DNA of 64,000 bases, taken from Octopus sinensis (taxonomy: Eukaryota). The notes under the pieces were generated by a model. The model had not been told where the DNA came from and ran no database searches. It worked only from the letters and a program-made list of their open reading frames with translations. Location: positions 40,672,001 through 40,736,000 of the forward strand of contig NC_043014.1 of assembly GCF_006345805.1 (NCBI RefSeq), written 5' to 3'. The number at the start of each line of letters is the position of its first letter. Position 1 is the first letter of the stretch. Both the position numbers and the translations under genes were made by a program. Of the stretch, positions 54,331 through 64,000 are shown in pieces.

Positions 54331-56711
54331 TTATGGGTTCTAGGGAAATGTTGCTCAACTAAGTTTAGCAAACTCCTCGCTATATTTGTAGAAACAGGTA
54401 TATCAAATGGATTATAGCAGACTACTTTTCTTTTCCTGACTGTGTTCATGTACTCCAAAATCATTTACATACATTTTCCACTGGAAACCAATTTTATGAT
54501 GAAGAAACTGTTGATGCTCTTCTCAAGGATGCAGAAAACATGGATGGTATAGGGTAGAGAGTAACAGGATCATAATGATGATACTGTTGACAGATGGGGG
54601 ACAAAAAAGACACAGTTTATGAGGAGAGATAATTCGATGATTCGATGGCTGGTGATCAATGTTAAGTAGAGGTAGAGAGAACAGAATTTACAGATGAAGA
54701 ATGGATCGTAAGTGAAACGGTTCTAGGTAGGAAGAAGGATAAAATGGCATCAAAGGAGAGCTGTAATGAGAGAAATGATACATGGAGTGGGGTGATGTGA
54801 GGAGGAGATTGAGCAAAGGGCTTAAGAATGAAAAGTCCTTCTTGAGCCATTGGCTCATAAAGGCAGTTTCCCAAATTCTGTGGTGTATAGTTCCCCCTTG
54901 AATAGGATGCTGTTCCATCACAGGGTTACTCATTTTGGGCAGTGGTCACATGATTGATCTAGGTCATAACAAAGGAGCAAGAAGATTTTCCATGGGTTAA
55001 GTCTTTTTTAAAAAGCAGTGAAAAAAGGAATTTTTGATACCACATTATGTCTTTCTCTCTTACTCTCTCTCTCTCTCTCCCTCACTACATATATATATCA
55101 ATATCTTTCTATCACTCTCCTTATTTCCATGACCACTTTCCCAGTTTCTCTTTAAGTGTGCATCTCATTCTCTAACTTACTCTTTTGCGTTTTCTTTTTC
55201 TCTATATCTGTCTCTCGTTCAATTTTTACATATTCTACAGTACTGAACCAAAATTAGTAATAATGAAGTAGACCAGAATTAGCAATAAAACAGACTTACA
55301 AATTGACTGAATACCCATTCTCATCTAAACCTGTCTAACTATAAGGAAAGCTGTAAGTCCTTTCAATAGGTAAGTCTTTGGCCTTAGCCACATGAGGCAA
55401 TAAAATTATCAGCATCTCAGGAGAAAATATGCTGAGAGTATGCTTGTTAGCTTAACCTTTTAACATTCAAACTGGCCACATCAAAGCCCAAATATTCTAC
55501 AAGTTTTGTGTTCAAACTGACCACATCAGGCCGCTCATGATGTCATTCTAAAATGTCACTATGTCATTCTAAAAGTAAACATTCACATCATTGAAATCAT
55601 GCAGATACGAGATAATAAATGATTAATCCAAAACAATCATCATCATCATCATCATTTAACGTCTGCTTTTCATGCTAGCATGGGTTGGATGATTTGATTT
55701 ATGGCGGCGAACTGGCAGAAACGTTAGCGTGCCAGGCAAAATGCTGAGAGGTATTTTGTCTGCCGTTACGTTCTGAGTTCAAATTCTGCCAAGGTCGACT
55801 GTGCCTTTCACCCTTTCAGGGTCGATTAAATAAGTACCAGTTACGCACTGGGGTCGATATATTCGACTTAATCCATTTGTCTGTCCTTGTTTGTCCTCTC
55901 TGTGTTTAGCCCCTTGTGGGTAGTAAAGAAATAGATTTGACTGAGGACTGGCGAACCAGATGGCTGCACCAGGTTCCAATCTTGATCTGGCAGAGTTTCT
56001 ACAGCTGGACGCCCTTCCTAACGCCAACCACTCTGAGAGTGTAGTGGGTGCTTTTACGTGTCACCGGCACTAGGGGCAGTTTGGCAGTACTGGCGATGGC
56101 CACGCTCGAAATGGTGTTTTTTTTACATGCCACCTGCACAGGAGTCAGTCCAGCATCACTGGCAACGACCTCACTCGAATGTTTTGTCCACATGCCAGTA
56201 AAGCGAATGTGAATGAATAAGCATTATATTTGACAGAATAATCTGAATGGCAGGAAGGCAAGCAGTCAAATTTCTGCTTTTCTTTTTTGACCAACCACTC
56301 CTTTGTTTTGTCTCTCTTCTTCCCACTCTTCATGAAGGAAACGATTGAATGAAAGACAAGCAGAAAAAAAAATTTGCTTTACTCTGCCTTCCTCTCTCTG
56401 ACTTCACATATTTTTGTTTTTCTTTCATGCTCCCTGCTAAGCAAATGGGATCCTTTTCTAGATACCCTTCTTAAATAATATAATTTGTTTGCAATTCATT
56501 CTAAGAAATGAAGGAATTTAAAATGCAAAAAGAATATCATGAGTTCAATGAAGACAGTGAAAATTATCAATAATGAATCTTATATTACAAAAAAATGATT
56601 TATCCTGGAAAAAAGGTAAAATATGCAGTGCACACATTGTATACATAAACTCTTCACCCCTGATATAAATATACATAGACATGCGCACGTACACACACAC
56701 ACACACACAAT

Positions 56712-57003
56712 GAAAGGCACTCTGTCAGTTAGAAGGACGAGGGATTCAGTTGATTCGATCAATGGAACAGCCCGCTTGTGAAATTAACATACAAGTGGCT
56801 GAGCACTCCACAAACATGCATACATTTAATGTAGTTCTTGGGGAGATTCAGCATGATACAGAATGTGACAAGACTGGCCCTTTGGATTACTGGGACAACT
56901 CAGTTTTACCAGCTGAGTGGACTGGAGTAACATGAATTTGTCGAGAATTGATCTCATGACCTTATGATTGCAAGCCAACTACCCTAACCACTAAGCCATG
57001 TGC

Positions 57004-57005
<2 letters not shown>
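56712..57005 (-). mobile_element. Additional tRNA-type SINE; related head at ~51680-51780 (+); another family at ~16700-16830 and ~55630-56200
   Basis: TGGCTTAGTGGTTAGGG / TGGCCCAGTGGTTAAGG A-box heads; (GAT)n tails. Confidence 0.65.
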
Positions 57006-57041
<36 letters not shown>

Positions 57042-57044
57042 CAA

Positions 57045-58420
57045 AGAAAAACTTACCACTAAAAGCCTTACCATACATCTCCACACACAACCCTCTCAAT
57101 AACGAAGCCTTCAGCACCATCCTCCACAACATACCCCTCCTAAAAAAAGACCACAAAATGAACACAATCCTCCAAACACACACGATCATAAAAAGCAAGA
57201 GACAGCCTAAATCCATGAAAAGTCTCCTAACACAAGCCCGAATTCACTCTTCAACACAGAAGCCGACAGTAAAAAAATGTGGAAGACCCAATTGCGGGAT
57301 ATGCGACTATCTAATTGAGGGATCAGAGTTCTCCTTCAAACAGGGACAACGGTTTACAGTGAAAAGCAACTTCACATGTGCTTCGGAGAACCTAATATAC
57401 TCACTAACCTGCTCCAGGTGTCAAGAGCAGTACGTAGGCCAAACAAAAAATAGTTTGCGTAAAAGAATGGCCCTGCACAGATCCCAGATAAAAATTCCCC
57501 AAAACAGAAAAATAGCTTTCAGCCAACACAGATACTTGCGCCAACAACAAAACACCAGGCTTCAGGATTTTCCCCCTCTACCAATTTAGGGACGATACAA
57601 CCTCGAGACAACGAATAAGTAAGGAAACTCTCTTTATTACAAAATACAGGCCACTTCTTAACGGGTCTACGACAAACGATTAATATACCTCAACTTTAGA
57701 ATAAAAGAAATACACACACAAATATTACATTCCAAAGAATCCATTACTAATCAGCCCCAATCACAGCTATAATCCATAACATGCCAACTTCAAGTCATAC
57801 AACACCTCACTACTTTCACCCATTCATATTCTCCCTTCTCTGTTTTCTTCTTCTTCCTCTTCTTCTTCATCATCATCATTATCATCATCATCGTCATCAT
57901 CATCACCACCATCATCATCATCATCATCTTCTTCTCCTTCTCCTTCTTCTTCTTCTTCATCATCATCATCATCATCAACATCGTCATCTTCTTCTTCTTC
58001 TGCTCCACCTTCTACCTCTTAACTTTATCACTAATGCTTTTTAGTAAAACACCTACGCAAATTCCATAAACAAATCTCTCAATAGAAATATTCTCCTGAA
58101 TTGAATTGCAACTGCTAGCCGTCACTGACCATTCAAAATACAACAATCAAGGCACTCCCAAATTTCCCCCCCCTCTCCTCTTCAGCCTTCTTCTTCTTCT
58201 ACCCTACCAAGAATTCACAAGGACCTCGAACACACAAGTGCAAACAAGGGAGTCAGAGAAAGGCAGAATGCCACTTATATTTGAACACTACTATACAAAT
58301 ATTCCTTTAAAAAAACTTTTCTTCTAATTTTTCTAAATTTAATCATTTAATCGTTACAGTTGAAAAGGTCTCAAAATGACTGAAACCGGTACTGAAATGT
58401 TCTTTATAAAATTATTTTAG
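57045..58420 (+). mobile_element. Penelope-like element 3' part: linker, Zn-finger, GIY-YIG endonuclease and pLTR ending in a hammerhead motif
   Basis: ORF 57158-57589 KKCGRPNCGICDY...FTCASENLIYSLTCSRCQEQYVGQTKNSLRKRMALH; begins at a (TA)n tract. Confidence 0.92.
58354..58397 (+). ncRNA. Minimal type-I hammerhead ribozyme, U3-A8 core variant, at the Penelope 3' end
   Basis: Stem I UUACAG/CUGAAA (1 mismatch), core UUGAAAA, stem II GGUC/GACU, GAAA, ACCGGU, GUA at 58389-58391. Confidence 0.7.
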
Positions 58421-58467
58421 CATTTTCTATTTTGACTTGTTTTTTCATATATATATATATATATATA

Positions 58468-58736
58468 TTAAATTAGAGATAAAACCACTATTAGGTAACT
58501 CAAACAGTGATAGACATAAACCAAAACATAAAAAACAAAAAATAAATATAATTAATATAATTTAATATAATCTATATAATTTAAAAATTTTAAAATATAA
58601 AAATTTTAAATTTTAAATTTTATATTTTATATATATATTATATATTATATTAATTATATTTATTTTTTGTTATTTATGTTTAGTTTATGCCTATCACTGT
58701 TTGAGTTGCCTAATAGTGGTTTTATCTCTAATTTAA
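58468..58736. repeat. Fold-back palindrome, ~95-bp arms, AT-rich centre
   Basis: TTAAATTAGAGATAAAACCACTATTAGG... / ...CCTAATAGTGGTTTTATCTCTAATTTAA. Confidence 0.93.
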
Positions 58737-58810
58737 CTTATATTTATTCGGTGAAATTTGATTTAATCCTAAATATAATTTTTCCCTGTAAGTTTGGATA
58801 TATTCCCTAA

Positions 58811-58864
<54 letters not shown>

Positions 58865-60020
58865 TGACTTTGGTGTTTCATACTTTTTGCCTATTGAGAA
58901 AATTTTTCTCAATGGCAAACTGCCATCAAAATAAACTTTTTACAAACTAAACGTGTCCCAAACTTATTCGAAATGATCAAAAGGTTTGTTTATTTCATAA
59001 TATTGCTTCATGTGCCACCATGTGTTTCGTTTTGGCCTAGTGGTCACAGCATGTAGTCTGTATTTACTTTCTACAGATTTCTTATAAGGAAAACAAAAGC
59101 TGCCAGTCATTTCGGAGTTGTCTTTCTTGGTAGCTACAGCTGATGAAAGCATAAAGTGCTTGAAATGCATACATTAGTCCATGAGGGGCTCTCCAAAATG
59201 ACTTTGATATATTACACTTCTTGTTGGAAGCAAGAACTTTTCTCCATTGCAAACCACAGTAAAATGGTCTTTTTACAGGGCAAATATGCCCCAAATATAT
59301 TTGAACTGATCAAAAGTTTGCTTATTTCACAACACTGCTTTGTGCACCCATGATGTATATTTGTGTATATATACATATATGCATGTGCACGTGCATATAG
59401 GGATGTATACATATAATAGGATTCTTTCAGTTTCCATCTATCAAACCCAGCTGCAAAACCTTATTCAAGACAGAGCTATAGTAGAAGACACCTGCCCAAG
59501 GTGCCATACAATGGGACTGAACTCCAAACCACATGGTTAGGAAGTGAGCTTCTTACCCATACAACCATGCCCACACCTAAAAACTAGCGTATTTAAAAAT
59601 TGAGACCAGCAATGAGTGGAACTTTATAAACCAAACCCAGTTTTCTTTGATTTACAAAAGTGAATGAAAGCTAATATTTCAAAGTATACGAGACATGAGC
59701 CATTCTCTGCTTTTTATTTAAAAAAAAAAAAAAAAAGCAGTTTTCTGAAATTAACATTTTGAACATCAAAGATTCGATTCATGCAGAAAATAAAATTTCC
59801 ACTACTGTCTTTCGCTAACTGACAACGTATAAAACTCTTCATCATTTCTATTGGCTGTATGAAGTAATTACAAAAAATGATTGTGATGTAGCTCAACCCA
59901 TGTTTTGCCCCTGAAATTGGCAGATAGCAATCATTATTCAAGCTCTTTAAGCTGTCTAGAAGAGAAAGCAATAAAAATGTAAATAAACCAGTGCTATATA
60001 ACCACCACTCTCCAGTGCCA

Positions 60021-60055
<35 letters not shown>

Positions 60056-60339
60056 ATATATACATCAATATCTTTCTATCACTCTCCTTATTTCCATGAC
60101 CACTTTCCCAGTCTCTCTTTATGTGTGCATCTCATTCTCTAACTTACTCTTTTGCGTTTTCTTTTTCTCTGTATCTGTCTCTCGTTCGATTTTTACATAC
60201 AAATATTAAACATAGCTGCTTTATGTTTCATAATGAATGTTATACATATCTGACCAGTGAAATGACAAATAATGATATATATATTTAGTTTTGAGGGTGT
60301 TCACTTTGTAGTTTCTGAATACTACAGACAACATGCATC

Positions 60340-60386
<47 letters not shown>

Positions 60387-60495
60387 ATGCGCATTTTGAA
60401 ATTTATTTTCATACATTTTGCATTTGGAAGAAGAAGCAGTGTCTACAACCTTTGCAGACCCTCTGAAACCTTTGTGATTGCTGTTGTTGCTAATG

Positions 60496-60830
60496 GCACA
60501 GGAGTGGCTGTGTGGTAAGTAGCTTGCTTACCAAACACATGGTTCCGGGTTCAGTCCCACTGCGTGGCACCTTGGGTAAGTGTCCTCTACTATTGCCTCA
60601 GGCCGACCAAAACCTTGTGAGTGGATTTGGTAGACGGAATCTGAAAGAAGCCTGTTGTATATATGTATGTATATATGTATGTATGTGTGCGTATATGTTT
60701 GTGTGTCTGTGTTTATCCCCCAACATAGCTTGACAACTGACGCCGTTGTGTTTAGGACCCTGTAACTTAGCGCTTCAGCAAAAGAGACTGATAGAATAAG
60801 TCAAATGACTGAAAAGAGTAAAAGAGTTAA
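60496..60830 (+). mobile_element. SINE family 1 copy (partials also at ~59405-59580, ~61484-61648, ~63283-63432)
   Basis: Same sequence as the other copies. Confidence 0.88.
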
Positions 60831-62487
60831 AAAAAGAGTATCATCAAAATCTCAAAGCTACAAGATAATGCACGATAAATTCAAAACAATTTGAATGAAT
60901 AAACATTAAATGTGACTGACTAATCTGATTCCTAAAGGATTAAAGACATACTTTGGTGGGGATTAAGATCATTGGTGGAGCAATAGAGACTGTTAGGGCA
61001 AGGCTATTGTTGTGGGTTGAGTGGGGTTTTTTGTTTTGTTTTGTAAGGTTGTAAATGATGTTTGGAGAAAGATTGTCTATGAATTGGGTTAGGTATAAAA
61101 TTAATTAAAGACATATCTATTGTGAGTGCTTCATGGTTGAGTGAGTATGTATGAAAAACATTCCGGGGATTTTTATGCTCATTGGCACTGAGATGGAATT
61201 TTTGTTTCCTTGCTTTGAAAAAATTATCTGTGTGTTTGTATGTATTATGTCTCCATTTGTATTTCTTATGCTTGTATGTCTCAAATTTTGTATGTTTGAC
61301 ATGTTTTTAAGAAAATGCGTGTGAGTGTGTATGTGTGTGTGTGTGTATGTGGTCATCTGGCTATGATATGCTTGTTTTCATGGCTGCAATTTGTTATTTT
61401 GCCAGTTGTTATTTAAAAATTTTCTTTAGAGAAGGGTGTTAGCTGCAAAGTTAATTTAAGACATAACTATAATGCTTTTCCTTGTTTCAGTCATTTGACT
61501 GTGGCCATGCTGGAGCACCGCCTTTAGTTGAGCAAATCGACCCCAGGACTTATTCTTTGTAAGCCTAGTACTTATTCCGTCGGTCTCTTTTGCCAAACCG
61601 CTAAGTTACAGGGACATAAACACACCACCATTGGTTGTCAAGCGTTGTTGATTTCAGAAACTTAACTTTTCAGAAGCTTTCAGCTTTGTCACACCAATCA
61701 ATGAATTCCCAAGAGTGAACACTGGCAATAGTTGCAGGACTGTATCTTAAAGAATGTCACTAAACTAATGGCCAATTATATGTTAGATGCTCAAGAACTG
61801 AAAACCCCCATAATCCTTTTAATTATGCCCTAGATGGTAAAATGGAAAACATTGTATATCATGAGTTGTTGATATTACAATTTTCAGAATTCCTTGACTA
61901 AGATGGCTATAGAATTAATATCATATTAGCTGGGAGCTCATTGCAACTCTTAATATAATTTCTTTACCACTTCAGAATTGCAGTTTCAATATTTAGACAT
62001 GTGGAGTTTCCTGAAGCATTTTAGTTTCCATTTGGTATCAGAATGATTAAATTTTCTTTATTGCTAGTAGGAACAGCAGCTTCCTGAACCTTTTCCATCC
62101 CATTTTTACTTTAGCTACGATGCTATGTGTTAAAGGAAGAGTTAATGCAAAACTGATTAGGAACAACAATAGATGAGAACATTGTCCCTCTCCACTAATA
62201 TTTTTCATTGGTCATCCTCTGTGGTATCATCAGTTTCTTCCACTCCCCTGAGTCACTTCCTATCACCATAAATCTCTTAATCTTCCCCTAAAAATTCAGT
62301 GACAGAGACAAGTAAAAGAGTAATAGTTATGTCCTAAATCTTCCCCTAAAAATTTTAGTGACAGAGACAAGTAAAAGAGTAATAGTTATGTCCTAAATTA
62401 AATTTGCAGCTAACACCCTTCTCTAACGAAATTCAGGTTTTGTTATCTGGTGCAGATATATAAAAAAGTTTAAGTTCCTTCGATTAA

Positions 62488-62689
62488 CCCTTTTGTTACC
62501 AACCCGGCTGAAACCGGCTCTGGCTCTGAGTACAAATGTCTTGTTTTCATAAGTTTTGAATTAAGATCTATCAAACCTTAGTCACAATTTATGTTCCTAA
62601 CACTAAGTTATTTTACTAAATTCTTTGTTATATTTAAAGTAATTGAAAGAAACACAGAGCCTATCAAAATAAATACAGTAACGAAAGGG
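62488..62689. mobile_element. piggyBac-type MITE, second copy
   Basis: Reverse complement of 7930-8131; TTAA on the left only. Confidence 0.82.
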
Positions 62690-62699
62690 ATACTTTCCC

Positions 62700-63130
62700 A
62701 GCTTTTATATCCTTAACCACTGTTTCTACCACTTGGATGATTCCTCTGCTGGATCTACTTTGGTTAGACTCTTTCTCTCTCTCTCTCTCACATGCATTCA
62801 CCGCATTCAGCAGCCTCTCAAAGTATGCCTCTTTGTTTCAGCATTAATAAGAATATATGTTCTCCTAACAATCAGTCTACACATCTCCTTTATGACATTC
62901 TTGGTTTTCTCCCATACTCTGCCTAGCAATCTAGATCATGCACCTGATTCTTACACTACAGAACATGTGCAAATCTCTTTTTTTTTTTTTCTGAAGCTTC
63001 CTTTGCTAACTATACTTGACATCTAGCTATTTGATATTTTTGTAGCTCCCTCCTACAACTCTTTCCAAGCCTTGTATATTCCACTTGTGTCTAATTAGAA
63101 CCTTGCAACAGTTACAGATCTGGTTTGTAG
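62700..63130 (-). mobile_element. RTE-clade LINE fragment (EN-RT linker)
   Basis: IARQSMGENQEC...EAYFERLLNAVN resembles the RTE motif FRIARQ...ENQDV...HYERLLN. Confidence 0.6.
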
Positions 63131-63431
63131 CCTTCAGTCTTCAATCAAAATGCCAGTTTTCTTCTATATTATAAATGTTTATTCTTCTTTTATATCATAA
63201 ACGACAATCAGAAATTTCCAGGTGGAGGCACTTTCAGCTCCCTTGTTTTTCTTCAAATTCTGGTTTGGAATGTGTAGGCATGGCTGGGTGCAAGTGTGGC
63301 AGTGTGGTAAGAAGTTTACTTCCCAACCACTTGGTTCAGGGTTCAATCCCACTGCATGACTCCGTGAGCAAGTATTTTATACTATAGCTCTGGGCTGACC
63401 AAAGCCTTGTTGGTGGATTTGGTTGTTGGAA

Positions 63432-63477
<46 letters not shown>

Positions 63478-63611
63478 AGAGATAATGGTGCCATTGAGAC
63501 CCAAAGGTGTCAGGTAATGCTGAATAAGTGCTATACACAGGCCATAGTTAAGTTCCAGATTCGGTAATATTGCGAATTAAGAGTTCAACATTGGTTCTAT
63601 GTCAGCGTGTG

Positions 63612-63743
63612 TATATAAGAATTTTTTGTGTAATAAGATAAAAAACCAAGGGTGTATAGATATTAGACCATTTATAGATTCAATCTATAAATGCTCTAAT
63701 ATCTATACAGCCTTGGTTTTTTTATCTTATTACACAAAAAATT

Positions 63744-63751
<8 letters not shown>
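63612..63751. repeat. Fold-back palindrome, ~68-bp arms, made of the hammerhead mini-element 3' segment
   Basis: Right arm matches 52857-52915; apex TTTATAGAT tca ATCTATAAA. Confidence 0.93.
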
Positions 63752-63782
<31 letters not shown>

Positions 63783-64000
63783 ATTCAAGTGATGCGGTAG
63801 TGCTCATAAAAAATGCTTCTTAGTCTATCATTCTACAAAACATAGAATATATATATAGTATGATACAAGAGAAAATGATAAGGAGTGTATAATGTAATAT
63901 ATATAAAGTGATTTATGACTCTATGCACTCCTTATCATATACACTGCTTTACATCTTAGAGTGTGCTTCTTCTCTGGATTTATGTCTTCTATAAACGATA

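Noticed and set aside
58900-59971. Short non-repetitive ORFs (59156-59353 +, 58964-59170 -, 59714-59971 -)
   Set aside because: No recognisable domain or consistent splice chain; lengths are within chance expectation.

Overview
AT-rich, repeat-saturated animal genomic DNA. The tRNA-derived SINE families and large (TA)n/(CA)n/(TAA)n fields suggest an octopus genome (inference). Only one host gene is supported: a minus-strand KIAA0513-like (SBF1/SBF2-domain) gene with three coding exons in the window (12645-15433, 11526-11619, 9642-9786). It has canonical GT-AG junctions with matching phases, an unusual ~900-aa low-complexity N-terminus, and 3' exons that lie beyond the left edge. The rest is a transposon graveyard: a mariner element split by nested Helitron, Gypsy and RTE insertions; a maT-like transposase containing a 2-kb satellite grown from its own coding sequence; two R4/Dong-like LINEs in (TAA)n; RTE and Penelope (GIY-YIG) relics; hAT and piggyBac MITEs; Helitrons; and more than 20 SINEs. 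The most interesting signal is a set of minimal type-I hammerhead ribozyme motifs with non-canonical cores (a compensatory U3-A8 swap and a C4 variant). They are linked to Penelope ends and to long fold-back palindromes next to microsatellites. All calls were made by eye; no database search or folding program was run.
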